Assembly: GCA_944345705.1 (NCBI GenBank)
Contig: CALVML010000005.1
Span: 11,282-75,281 of the forward strand
Reading direction: 5' to 3'
DNA from: an uncultured Clostridia bacterium
Lineage (GTDB): Bacteria > Bacillota > Clostridia > Christensenellales > UBA1242
Length of the DNA stretch: 64,000 bases
The translations under genes were made by a program, and so were the position numbers. Positions 37,512-46,846 of this stretch are shown one piece after another; position 1 is the stretch's first letter, and each line of letters starts with the position of its first letter. Below the pieces are notes generated by a model. The model saw nothing but the letters and a program-made list of their open reading frames with translations. It had not been told where the DNA came from and searched no databases.

Positions 37512-37817
37512 ATGGAAGAAAAAATTTTGAAATGTCCTAATGTGACAGAAAGGACAGAAGAATTTATCAGTCGCGGGTATGAGGATGAAGGTGATATTCT
37601 TGTTAAGCCAGTCAGTACAAATTCAACTATCTGCATTGATAAGGAAACAGGCATAGTTGCTGACATAACAAATGATGGTGTTTCATGTGAAGGCTTGGCT
37701 GAAGTTGTAGAGCTTAGCGGTGCTGGTCTTCTTGAAACCAATCAAGAAAGTGAAGAGGTGGTAGACGATGCAAAACAAACAGCTGAAGGTGCAGAGACGG
37801 GAGAAACAATTAACTAA
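37512..37817 (+). CDS. highly acidic hypothetical protein (101 aa)
   Basis: ATG after AAAGGAG. By hand count about 25 D/E versus 7 K/R. Overlaps the terS start. Confidence 0.55.
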   Translation: MEEKILKCPNVTERTEEFISRGYEDEGDILVKPVSTNSTICIDKETGIVADITNDGVSCEGLAEVVELSGAGLLETNQESEEVVDDAKQTAEGAETGETIN

Positions 37818-38193
37818 AGCGCAAGAGATATTTGTTCAAGAGCTTTTCAAGGGTGCAAGTCAAAGGCAGGCGTATTACAAAGCATATCCAAATTCAAGGA
37901 ACTGGGCTGAAAATAGTGTGGACTCAAATGCATGTGCACTAGCTAAAGACGCTAAGGTATTGCAAAGGCTAAAGGAACTTAATAGCAAAGCTGAAAAAAG
38001 CACTATTTATGATGCACAGCAGTTGCGCGAATTTTGGACTAAGTTACTTCTAGACGATGAAGCAGGCATTGCAAATAGATTGAAAGCAAGTGAGCTTTTA
38101 GGCAAGTCACAAGGAATGTTTATTGAAAAACGAGAAACGAGTATATCAAATAAAGATGATTGTATTATAAAGGTAGTCAAGAGTGACGATTGA
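37768..38193 (+). CDS. terS: terminase small subunit
   Basis: LTKAQEIFVQELFKGASQRQAYYKAYPNSRNWAENSVDSNACALAKDAKVLQRLKEL is the Terminase_2-type N-terminal HTH pattern. Immediately upstream of terL. Confidence 0.75.
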   Translation: MQNKQLKVQRREKQLTKAQEIFVQELFKGASQRQAYYKAYPNSRNWAENSVDSNACALAKDAKVLQRLKELNSKAEKSTIYDAQQLREFWTKLLLDDEAGIANRLKASELLGKSQGMFIEKRETSISNKDDCIIKVVKSDD

Positions 38194-39478
38194 ATTTAAT
38201 CCTGATGGACTGGTAAACAAAATATATCAGTCTTTTTTGTTTGCATCGCAAAGGACACAAATATTCTTTGGCGGTTCATCATCTGGTAAATCAGTTTTTC
38301 TTGCAGAAAGAGCGGTTCTCGATGTGTTATCTGGTCGTAATTATTTAATTGTTAGAAATACAGGAAATACTCTCAAAAAGTCGTGCTGGAATGAAATTTG
38401 GAAAGCAATATCACTTTTTAAACTCAATCAATATTTTGATGCATCTAAAAGTGACATGACTATTACTTGTAATCTTAACGACAAACAAATCTTGTTTTCT
38501 GGGCTTGACGATGTTGAAAAGGTTAAATCTATTACACCGATAAAAGGTGCCCTTACAGATATTTGGATTGAAGAAGGAACTGAAGTAAATTACGAAGATT
38601 ATAAACAGCTTCGCAAAAGACTTCGAGGATATTCAAAACACTCTAAACGCATAACAATATCGTTTAACCCAATCTATCAAACGCACTGGATTTATACAGA
38701 GTTTTTCGGAGATTGGGAAGATAACAAAAATCTTTATGAAAATGATAATTTACTCATTCTTAAAACAACGCATAAAGACAATGAGTTTCTATCACAAGAC
38801 GACCACGACGAACTTGAGAATGAAAAAGACCCATATTACTATCAAGTTTACACTTTAGGTAATTGGGGAGTACTCGGTGATAGAATATTCACTAACTGGC
38901 ATGTCGAAGATTTAAGTGTGCCTGTAAAAGTATTAAAGGCAGGTCAAGAAATTGAAATGCCTTTATATCAAACATTTGACAATATACGAACTGGCTTAGA
39001 CTTTGGCTTTGCTCAAGACCCATCAGCTTTTATCAAACTTAACTTTGATAGAAAGAATAAAAAGATTTATGTTTTTCAAGAGTACTACGAGAAAGGTAAA
39101 ACCAATTATGACCTTGCACAAGATATTAAGCCGTTTCTAGGTTATCAAAGAGTTATTGCTGATAGTGCTGAGCAAAAATCAATACAAGAGTTAAAAGATT
39201 GTGGTATCAATGCAGCACCAGCATTCAAAGGGGGAGATAGTGTAAGGTTCGGTATTCAGTGGCTACAGGGTTACGAGATTATTATTGATAAGTCTTGTCA
39301 GAATTTAAAAAACGAGCTCACTCTTTACCAATGGAAGAAAGATAAAGACGGCAATACTATCAAACAGCCTGTAGACAAGTATAACCATCTAATAGACGCA
39401 ATGCGTTATGCGCTTTCCGAAGATATGGATAGAATACCACCAGCTAGAATTATAAGTAAAAAGGAACTAGGATTATAA
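38183..39478 (+). CDS. terL: terminase large subunit (PBSX/Terminase_3-like)
   Basis: Walker A FFGGSSSGKSVF, Walker B-like LTDIWIEEGTE, and a C-terminal nuclease region (ADSAEQKSIQEL...YNHLIDAMRYAL). Confidence 0.88.
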   Translation: MTIEFNPDGLVNKIYQSFLFASQRTQIFFGGSSSGKSVFLAERAVLDVLSGRNYLIVRNTGNTLKKSCWNEIWKAISLFKLNQYFDASKSDMTITCNLNDKQILFSGLDDVEKVKSITPIKGALTDIWIEEGTEVNYEDYKQLRKRLRGYSKHSKRITISFNPIYQTHWIYTEFFGDWEDNKNLYENDNLLILKTTHKDNEFLSQDDHDELENEKDPYYYQVYTLGNWGVLGDRIFTNWHVEDLSVPVKVLKAGQEIEMPLYQTFDNIRTGLDFGFAQDPSAFIKLNFDRKNKKIYVFQEYYEKGKTNYDLAQDIKPFLGYQRVIADSAEQKSIQELKDCGINAAPAFKGGDSVRFGIQWLQGYEIIIDKSCQNLKNELTLYQWKKDKDGNTIKQPVDKYNHLIDAMRYALSEDMDRIPPARIISKKELGL

Positions 39479-40837
39479 ATGATAATAGTTGATAAAGATA
39501 CAATAGCTACTCCAAGTTTAATCACAAAATGGATAGCCAAGCACATAGAACTTTATAAAAAGTTTACAAAAAATCATGATTATTACAATGGTAAGCATGA
39601 AATTTTAGATTTAGAGAAAGAAGATAAACCTAACAATAAGACTGTTATAAATCTTGCTAAATACATAACAGTCATGGCTACTAATTATCTCGTTGGTAAA
39701 CAAGTCGATTATAGCTATAATGGTGAGCAGGGGAAAGAAACATTTGACAAGATAATGGACTTATACAAGAGACAGTCAATGCCTATGCATGACAAATTGA
39801 TGGCAAAAACAATGTCTATATCTGGTCTTAGTTATGAATTAGCTTATATGTCAAGTGATGAAAAACCCGTGCCTAAGGTGGCGGATATAAGCGAGTATGA
39901 TGCAGAGATTATATGCGACAACACTGTAGAACATAATTGTTTATATGGGGTCCATTTTTATAAGGCAGATGACGATAAAACTATAATAGAACTCTATGAT
40001 AGTACATACAAAACAACTTATCAAGCAGGAGCAAACTTTGTCAACCCTAAACAAGTTGGTAAGCCTGAAGCACATGGATTTGACAGAGTGCCGATAACCG
40101 AGCTTAAAAATAACGACGAGATTCAAGGCGATTTTGAACAAAATATAAAGGCTATTGACTCATATGAAAAGATATTCGCTGAACAAATAAATGATATTGA
40201 AGATTTTAATGACGCAATACTCATGTTATATAATACCAATTTTTATCAAGGTGATCAGAAAGAGTTTGAAGATAGACGAAAACAACTAAAGAAAGATAAA
40301 ATTCTAGAATTTACTTCAAAGGAGCAATCTGCAGCATGGCTTACTAAAATAATGGATCAGAGTAAAATAAGTGTTCTCGCTTCTGCGTTAAGGGCAGATA
40401 TACATGCTACAAGTTTTGTACCTAATATGACTGATGTAAACTTTGCAAACAACTCAAGTGGTGTTGCTATGCAATATAAATTAATAGGATTTGAGGCTCT
40501 TACAAGCGAGAAACAGACATTCTTTGAAAAATGCTTAAGGCGAAGGTTAAAACTTTTTGCAAGTGCGTTAAAATTGTTAGGTGGGCAGGAAATTAATGTT
40601 CAAGACATAACCATTACGTTTAATCGTTCTCTTCCACGCAACGATGTCGAGATGGCAAGTATTGTATCGCAGGTAGATAATCGAAATATTATTGACAAAG
40701 AAACTTTAGGCAAACAATTTTCTTTCTATAACGAAGATGTAAAGAAAAACTTAGAGAAGGAAAAAGAAGAAAATCCACAAATCGATTATGCTAGCGTTAA
40801 TAATCCAGGTCTTTATTCTTTCGGTGGTAGCTTTTAA
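39479..40837 (+). CDS. portal protein (SPP1 gp6-like)
   Basis: 452 aa, lying directly between terL and the MuF-like gene. The call rests on order and size; only general resemblance was judged by eye. Confidence 0.7.
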   Translation: MIIVDKDTIATPSLITKWIAKHIELYKKFTKNHDYYNGKHEILDLEKEDKPNNKTVINLAKYITVMATNYLVGKQVDYSYNGEQGKETFDKIMDLYKRQSMPMHDKLMAKTMSISGLSYELAYMSSDEKPVPKVADISEYDAEIICDNTVEHNCLYGVHFYKADDDKTIIELYDSTYKTTYQAGANFVNPKQVGKPEAHGFDRVPITELKNNDEIQGDFEQNIKAIDSYEKIFAEQINDIEDFNDAILMLYNTNFYQGDQKEFEDRRKQLKKDKILEFTSKEQSAAWLTKIMDQSKISVLASALRADIHATSFVPNMTDVNFANNSSGVAMQYKLIGFEALTSEKQTFFEKCLRRRLKLFASALKLLGGQEINVQDITITFNRSLPRNDVEMASIVSQVDNRNIIDKETLGKQFSFYNEDVKKNLEKEKEENPQIDYASVNNPGLYSFGGSF

Positions 40838-42459
40838 TGGCAAATCGACTTGCAGATATTTTTGCAGATCTTGAAAGTCAGCTTATATCAAATCAAAGGG
40901 CTTTATTTCAAAGTTATCCAAACTCGTCGCTCTCAGCTGTTGAAAACTTCCAAATGAATATGCTGGCAAATCAAAGCATGCTAGAACAGGTAAATGTACA
41001 AGCTGTCAACAATGCTTATCGTCAAGCTACTATTTATATGAATGACACGATAACTAAAGGCTATAATAGAGGTGTATCAAGTGTTGCGAGTCAGCTTGAC
41101 ACTGACATTAACAATAATGAAAATGAGCGTGCTGTGGCTTTAAAAAACAATGCAGACAGTGTAATTGCACGCATGTGCCGTATAGCGTTATCTTCTGCTA
41201 TGGGTGCATTTTCTGGTATTGTCAGTGCCGTTTCTGTATACAATCAAGCACAAGACTTATATCAAGCTGTAGACCAAGCACAATCGCAATATCTTGAAAA
41301 GGGTATTGTAGGGAGTGTTAACACAAATGGCGCTCAAACAAATATTGAAACCTTTGCAGACATTGTTGAAGGGGAATTTGACCATAATGCAACACTTACG
41401 GGTGAAGGACATGCTAGAGATGAGACTGGTAATTTTTATGTTGTAGTTACCGCTCATGTCGGCTGTTGTGAAAAATGTGCGAAATGGGAAAACCTGGTTC
41501 TAATTGACGATTGGAAAGCAAATGGTCAACCTGATGGAGTGCATCCGTTATTAAGTGAAGCGGTGAGTCAGGGCTTGTTGCACCCAAATTGCAGGCATAG
41601 GTTTAGAGTACCCTTTAAAGGTGAGGAGAAAAAACTTAAAGGCGATTATCACGAAACATGGACAGCCGAACAAAACAGGAGACAATATCAAGCGGAGCAG
41701 AAACAACGGCGTTATGAAAGGGAAATACGCAAATATAAAAGGCTAGAACAGGGTAGTTTAACTCAGAGCGAACAGTTAAAAGCACACCAAAAAGTACTTG
41801 AATATCAAAAAAAGCAACGAGAGCATATAAGAGCAAGCAATCAATTAGATGGTGTTAAACTTTTCAGACAATATGAAAGAGAGCGTATAGGTGGCGAAAC
41901 AAAACCGCAAGTATCACCAGAGATGCCTATATCTCTAAAAAGTAGTAATGGCTCATCACAATCTGGTGAGAGCGCCATTATAAGCCATGATCGTTATAAA
42001 TTGGATAATCTTGATAACGATTTAAGCGCGACGGAAGATTATATTTCTTCGCTTGACAAAGAACATAGTTTTATATTTACCGAAGATGGCGACGTCTATG
42101 GAGTTGAGGGTAATGAGAATTCTGTTGATCCGCAAATAGTTGGAGAAGACAAGCTTATAGGCTCAGTCATAACACACAATCACCCATATGATGAACTTGC
42201 TCCAAGCAAAGAGGATCTTGAATTTATGATAACTCATAGTATCAAGGAATTAAGAACGGTTGACAAGAATTATACTTATATATTAAAATTTAATGGTAAA
42301 TTATCTTCTCAAGAGATATTAAATTTATATCAAGAAACTTTTTTTGAAGTTGGAGATGATATGGTATACAATGGACTTAAAGGCGATGCCGCTCATTTTA
42401 TACTTGAAAGATTAAAGGACAAGGTGGAAGGATTATATTATGTCAGAATTAAGAGATAG
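40837..42459 (+). CDS. MuF/SPP1 gp7-like minor head protein fused to a C-terminal RadC/JAB-like domain
   Basis: MuF core ...CCEKCAKWENLVLIDDW...LLHPNCRHRF, then a basic coiled-coil linker, then a C-terminal about 145 aa containing GSVITHNHPYDELAPSKEDLEFM (HNHP-x5-PS-x-ED spacing as in RadC HNHPSGxxxPSxxD). Confidence 0.75.
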   Translation: MANRLADIFADLESQLISNQRALFQSYPNSSLSAVENFQMNMLANQSMLEQVNVQAVNNAYRQATIYMNDTITKGYNRGVSSVASQLDTDINNNENERAVALKNNADSVIARMCRIALSSAMGAFSGIVSAVSVYNQAQDLYQAVDQAQSQYLEKGIVGSVNTNGAQTNIETFADIVEGEFDHNATLTGEGHARDETGNFYVVVTAHVGCCEKCAKWENLVLIDDWKANGQPDGVHPLLSEAVSQGLLHPNCRHRFRVPFKGEEKKLKGDYHETWTAEQNRRQYQAEQKQRRYEREIRKYKRLEQGSLTQSEQLKAHQKVLEYQKKQREHIRASNQLDGVKLFRQYERERIGGETKPQVSPEMPISLKSSNGSSQSGESAIISHDRYKLDNLDNDLSATEDYISSLDKEHSFIFTEDGDVYGVEGNENSVDPQIVGEDKLIGSVITHNHPYDELAPSKEDLEFMITHSIKELRTVDKNYTYILKFNGKLSSQEILNLYQETFFEVGDDMVYNGLKGDAAHFILERLKDKVEGLYYVRIKR

Positions 42460-42700
42460 AAGAGAGTTCTATGTCGCAATGGTGAAGAGGCAGATTAACA
42501 GAAAAAGAGATAGCTTTTACATTTTAGATGAGGAAGCCTATATAAATGAAATGGTGAACTTTTTTATGGGATTTGAGGAAAAAGAGAAAGAAGCGTATCC
42601 TGGTGGCATAGGTGTTACCAAAGAAATGCTTAGAATTAGAGATGAAAAACTTCTTCGGATGGAAGAGATAATGAAAAAACATTTGATTAAAAAAGAGTAA
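42440..42700 (+). CDS. hypothetical protein (86 aa) coupled to the MuF-JAB gene
   Basis: Overlaps the MuF gene by 20 nt and is followed by a long hairpin. No motif recognised. Confidence 0.5.
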   Translation: MSELRDRREFYVAMVKRQINRKRDSFYILDEEAYINEMVNFFMGFEEKEKEAYPGGIGVTKEMLRIRDEKLLRMEEIMKKHLIKKE

Positions 42701-42748
42701 GAAAGATCTAGAGTAAGATAGATCTTACTCTTTCTTAATATTTTGCCC
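42695..42748 (+). terminator. extended imperfect hairpin / possible terminator between the MuF unit and the scaffold gene
   Basis: GAGTAAGA (42711-42718)-TAGA-TCTTACTC (42723-42730). Outer AAGAAA/TTTCTT pairing, then AATATTTT. Confidence 0.4.
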
Positions 42749-42826
42749 TAAACACGGCGTAAAACTGTTTCGTTAGGCGCGTTAAGTCAAATTTGCCATG
42801 TGGGCGTAAAACACAAGGAGAAAAAA

Positions 42827-43360
42827 ATGTCTGAACAGTTAAATCAAGACACAGGGGTTGATATTTCTATCGACTCACAAGAGAACAAAGAAAACAAGCA
42901 AGCAGAGGGAAAGGTTGAAAAATCATTTACACGTGATGAAGTTAACAAAATGATTGCAACCGAGAAGAAAAAGGCAATAGCTGAATATGAAAGGCTTGCA
43001 AAGATGACGGAAACGGAGCGCACAAAAGAGCGTATGGCTCAAAAAATTAGAGAACGCGACAAAGAAAGAGCTGATTTTGAAGCGGAGAAGAAAGCGTTTG
43101 AAATTGAAAAAATGAAGATGCAAACATCAAAGGAACTTATAAATCGAAAGTTACCTGCCGAGTTCGCATCTTTTTTAGTTACAGATAACGCTGAAACAAC
43201 AAAACAAAATCTTGATAGCTTTGAAAAGATGTTTCGTACTTCAATTGAGAGTGCCGTTGCTGACAAAATACGTGGCAAAAATCCGCCAATGACATCGACA
43301 ACGAAAGTGGACAGCAAGTCATCCACATTAAAAACAAAGGCTTGGAACAAAAATAAATAA
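42827..43360 (+). CDS. scaffolding protein
   Basis: Start at the ATG after AAGGAGAAAAAA. K/E-rich coiled coil immediately upstream of the capsid gene. Confidence 0.6.
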   Translation: MSEQLNQDTGVDISIDSQENKENKQAEGKVEKSFTRDEVNKMIATEKKKAIAEYERLAKMTETERTKERMAQKIRERDKERADFEAEKKAFEIEKMKMQTSKELINRKLPAEFASFLVTDNAETTKQNLDSFEKMFRTSIESAVADKIRGKNPPMTSTTKVDSKSSTLKTKAWNKNK

Positions 43361-43374
43361 TAAAGGAGAAAATA

Positions 43375-44331
43375 ATGGCAAACACAATAAATTATGCTGA
43401 AAAATGGCAACCAGAGATACTAGAAATCTTAAATCAAAACACAATTACCAGTCCATTTATTGCTGATGCAGATTCAGTTGAATGGACAGGAGCTAAAACA
43501 CTTCATTTTACACAAGCTGCAACAAGCGGTTTTAAGGCACATTCAAGAGATGGTGGCTGGAACAAAGGTAACGTAACTCAATCTGATGTAGATTATACAA
43601 TCGAACATGATCGTGATATTTCTTTCCTTGTAGATAGAATAGATGTTGACGAATCTAATGGAACTGCATCTATAGATAATGTTTCAAAAGTATTTACTGC
43701 AACTCAAGAAGCTCCAGAAGTTGACGCACGTTTCTTTGAGCGAGTATATAACGCTGCGAGTACAAATACTCTTGCTGAAGAACTTGATGTGTCTACTCTT
43801 ACAAAGGATAATGTTCTTTCGACTATTAAAAACTTTATGCTTAAAGGCAAACTTCGTAGATATATAGCAAGAGGCTCACTTATTGCATATGTTACAAGTG
43901 AAATTATGAATATGCTTGAATTATCAACAGAAAGTAAGCTTAAAGTTGAACTTACTACTATTGCAGACGGCGGAATAGGTATTGAAACTCGTGTAACCAA
44001 TATTGACGGAGTTTATCTCTTTGAAGTAATTGATGATGAGAGATTCTACTCTAAATTTGATTATACAGATGGGTTCGAAGCGGCATCAGATGCAAAAGCA
44101 CTTGCTATCGTTTTTGCTTCAACAGATGTTGTTAAAACTGTTCCTAAAACAAATGCAATCTATATCAAGAAAGCAGGCGAGCACACTGTAGGTGATGGTG
44201 ACTGGTATGCAAACCGTTCTATGTGGGATACTTTTGTTTTCCCTAACGGCAAAGATGGCAAGATTGAAGGTATTTATGTAATTACCAAGAAAGCGACAAC
44301 ATCGACTGAACCAGAAGATAATTTAGAATAA
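43375..44331 (+). CDS. major capsid protein
   Basis: 318 aa, strong RBS AAAGGAGAAAA, follows the scaffold and is followed by a good terminator. The call is mainly positional. Confidence 0.65.
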   Translation: MANTINYAEKWQPEILEILNQNTITSPFIADADSVEWTGAKTLHFTQAATSGFKAHSRDGGWNKGNVTQSDVDYTIEHDRDISFLVDRIDVDESNGTASIDNVSKVFTATQEAPEVDARFFERVYNAASTNTLAEELDVSTLTKDNVLSTIKNFMLKGKLRRYIARGSLIAYVTSEIMNMLELSTESKLKVELTTIADGGIGIETRVTNIDGVYLFEVIDDERFYSKFDYTDGFEAASDAKALAIVFASTDVVKTVPKTNAIYIKKAGEHTVGDGDWYANRSMWDTFVFPNGKDGKIEGIYVITKKATTSTEPEDNLE

Positions 44332-44334
44332 AAT

Positions 44335-44366
44335 AAGGCTCTCAAAGTGGGAGCCTTTATTCTTAT
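44335..44366 (+). terminator. intrinsic terminator after the capsid gene
   Basis: AAGGCTC (44335-44341) / GAGCCTT (44351-44357), then TTATTCTT. Confidence 0.6.
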
Positions 44367-44379
44367 ATAAGGAGAGAGT

Positions 44380-44799
44380 ATGTTCGAAGATGCAACTATG
44401 CTAGACAATAACTTTATGCTAAATGAAGTAGGATATAAATTATCGTTGACTGACAAGGAAGAGAAAAACTTATTCAAAGATTATTATATAAAAACCTGCA
44501 ACTATATCTATGAAAATCACTTTACAAGACCAACTCCACAAACTATAGAACGAGTTCTCAATGGATTATATTTGCCGACTGATAAGCTCAATAGTATTAT
44601 TTGCTCTATAGACGATATAAACCTAAGAAAAAATTTATTTAAACTCGCTATGGCAAAACAGATAATATATGACCTAGAAAATGGAAGGGTCACTATGCAA
44701 CGAACTGACCAGACATACGATATATGTCCTGAATTTAAGAGTAACCTATCATTTTTAGGATTTGTTCAAACAGGTAAATTTTCGAGGGTAGGCAAATGA
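44380..44799 (+). CDS. head-tail connector/adaptor protein (positional)
   Basis: 139 aa, RBS AAGGAGAGAG, first gene after the capsid gene. Confidence 0.45.
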   Translation: MFEDATMLDNNFMLNEVGYKLSLTDKEEKNLFKDYYIKTCNYIYENHFTRPTPQTIERVLNGLYLPTDKLNSIICSIDDINLRKNLFKLAMAKQIIYDLENGRVTMQRTDQTYDICPEFKSNLSFLGFVQTGKFSRVGK

Positions 44800-45155
44800 A
44801 TTATTGGCAACAAGTGACAGCTAAAAATAGCATCATCTATAACGAAAATTTATGTGGGTATATTATAGTTTTGCGAGATAATCGTTTAGACAAAATGCCT
44901 TTTAAGTATGCAAGCGTGACTAATAGAAAGTATGCAAGTATGACTTCTGCTCTACCAGGTGAATTTATAGAACCAACAGAGACTATTTATACAACGCAAA
45001 TTGACTTGCCTTTCACAAAGGGTGGACAAATTTTAATGGATGACAACTGTACCATGACTATACGTGATATAGATAGAGTGTTAAATGCAAACACAGGCAA
45101 ACTTATGGCTTATACAATATATCTTGACGGCGGAGTACCTAATGAATTTACTTGA
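44796..45155 (+). CDS. head/tail completion protein (positional)
   Basis: 119 aa with an ATGA-coupled start. Confidence 0.4.
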   Translation: MNYWQQVTAKNSIIYNENLCGYIIVLRDNRLDKMPFKYASVTNRKYASMTSALPGEFIEPTETIYTTQIDLPFTKGGQILMDDNCTMTIRDIDRVLNANTGKLMAYTIYLDGGVPNEFT

Positions 45156-45456
45156 TATTGCTGTTGACTATCAGTCATCATTTTTTCCATATATTCCCTG
45201 GCGTACAGGTAGGCTTGCCACAACAGGAATGAGCACAGATTTTTATAATCCACAGGGCGAGAATTCACTTGGCTTTGACTTTTGTCGTAACAACAGACAT
45301 CAATACGGAATTGTTTTAAACGAGTATCCATCCATAAGCTATAACTTAAATGGTAGAAAGGGAAGTTATATAAATAGACATTATGGCTATTTTGACGACT
45401 TTTTTGATTCTTATGCGAGCTTGCTTGCGATTAGACTTGGAGGCACTTTGATATGA
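45142..45456 (+). CDS. head/tail completion protein (positional)
   Basis: Start set at ATG 45142 after GGCGGAG. 104 aa. Confidence 0.4.
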   Translation: MNLLDIAVDYQSSFFPYIPWRTGRLATTGMSTDFYNPQGENSLGFDFCRNNRHQYGIVLNEYPSISYNLNGRKGSYINRHYGYFDDFFDSYASLLAIRLGGTLI

Positions 45457-46370
45457 TAGAAAAATTTATTATAAATAAATTTAAAAAAATACTTGGCAAT
45501 CAGTATGAACTTTATGACAACGATTTTTTCGATAGGAATTTCACTACTATCATTCCTGTAAATGGTCAATATACTCAGCTAATAAACTATGAAGCCTTTG
45601 AAAAACACAGAGATAAAATAATTGGTGTTGTGCAAGTACAATCGGCACAATATTCGGTAACTTCATTTACTGCTTTAAATTCTACTTACTCATTAACTTT
45701 GTGGGTGCCTGTGAACTATAAGCTTGTAAATGCAAATGGTGAGTTATTGAAGCTAGACAAATTTAATGTTGATAGTGATATAAAAACCTTACGAGAAACA
45801 TTAAATAACAAAACCATTGATTTTGGTGATGGCTATAAAGGTGAAATGACTTTTAGCGAGCCAACATCTGTGGGTGGCGGACAAGAAAATAGTGGCAGTT
45901 ATAAACGCAAGATTTTGGTTGTTACAGGGAAAATAAATTTTACCACAAAAGGCTATTATGGTCGTGATTATAAGATAGAAATAGGTAGGCTTAATGATGA
46001 CGGTGAGATTGCATTTTTGCCTGTTAAGGACATTACAAGTTTAAGTTTTAATCCACAACCATCAACTATTGAAAATCACGAACAGGGCAAGATTATACCA
46101 GAGGAGTCAGTAGAAGCTGTAAAACAGGGTTGTGTATTCTCGGTTGATGATTCAAGCGAAGATGAAGAGCTGAACGATTTGTTTACTAAACTAGCTTTAA
46201 GTGGCGAGACATCAAAACAAGACTTTTGGCTTAAGATTAGTAAGCAAAAGAACGGCGTATATGTTGAACAAGTAAATTATGCAACTGTATTATCTGCAAG
46301 TCTTATGTTTCCATATGGTGACTCAGATGTTGGTTCTTTCACTGTGTCATGTACAAGAAAGGAGGAGTAA
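45453..46370 (+). CDS. putative tail tube / tail structural protein (305 aa)
   Basis: Position after the completion genes and beta-rich composition. No motif recognised. Confidence 0.4.
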   Translation: MIEKFIINKFKKILGNQYELYDNDFFDRNFTTIIPVNGQYTQLINYEAFEKHRDKIIGVVQVQSAQYSVTSFTALNSTYSLTLWVPVNYKLVNANGELLKLDKFNVDSDIKTLRETLNNKTIDFGDGYKGEMTFSEPTSVGGGQENSGSYKRKILVVTGKINFTTKGYYGRDYKIEIGRLNDDGEIAFLPVKDITSLSFNPQPSTIENHEQGKIIPEESVEAVKQGCVFSVDDSSEDEELNDLFTKLALSGETSKQDFWLKISKQKNGVYVEQVNYATVLSASLMFPYGDSDVGSFTVSCTRKEE

Positions 46371-46846
46371 TGCAGCAAAAATTTTATACTATCTCTTTTG
46401 TTGATAATACAGAAAATGGTGTTTTGAGTCAGACCAATATTCAAGAAGGAACAACATCACTGAATAGCATAGGGCAAAATAAAGGGAAGAAAAGCGGTTT
46501 TGAAGAAGCAACAGGTAAACTCATTGGACAGCTTTCAGGGCAAATGATAAGTCAAGTCTCATCTCAAATGGGATTTAACCTATCGCCTGTAGTAAGTTTA
46601 GGTAAAGCTATAATTACAGGTGCAGGTGCAGGTGCTCTAACAGGAGCAGTTCTTGGATTAGCAACTCAAGCAATTACATCTATAATATCTGGCATACAAA
46701 ATCGTATTGCCGAGCTGAGACAGGAAGCTGCAGAAGCTAATGAACGAGATAATAGTCTTGTTCTTGCAGGCAGTTTAGACCTTTATGGTTATACAATTAA
46801 AAAAGGGAAATGGGGGAGAGATGAATATGTCTATAACAGGGGTTAA
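46370..46846 (+). CDS. Gly-rich hydrophobic virion protein (158 aa; ejection/pilot-like or very short tape measure?)
   Basis: Start at TAATG after AAGGAGGAG. Central LSPVVSLGKAIITGAGAGALTGAVLGLATQAITSIISGI segment. Confidence 0.45.
   Translation: MQQKFYTISFVDNTENGVLSQTNIQEGTTSLNSIGQNKGKKSGFEEATGKLIGQLSGQMISQVSSQMGFNLSPVVSLGKAIITGAGAGALTGAVLGLATQAITSIISGIQNRIAELRQEAAEANERDNSLVLAGSLDLYGYTIKKGKWGRDEYVYNRG

Noticed and set aside
37445-37741. 98-aa minus-strand ORF opposite the acidic-protein gene
   Set aside because: Its Ser/Pro/Thr-rich translation is typical of the antisense of a Glu/Asp-rich gene. It has no RBS and runs against a strictly unidirectional operon.
46370-46846. Calling the 158-aa Gly-rich protein a tape measure
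   Set aside because: It is far too short for a normal flexible or contractile tail and lacks the long helical repeats. It is kept as an unknown virion protein, and the absence of a tape measure is reported as a finding instead.
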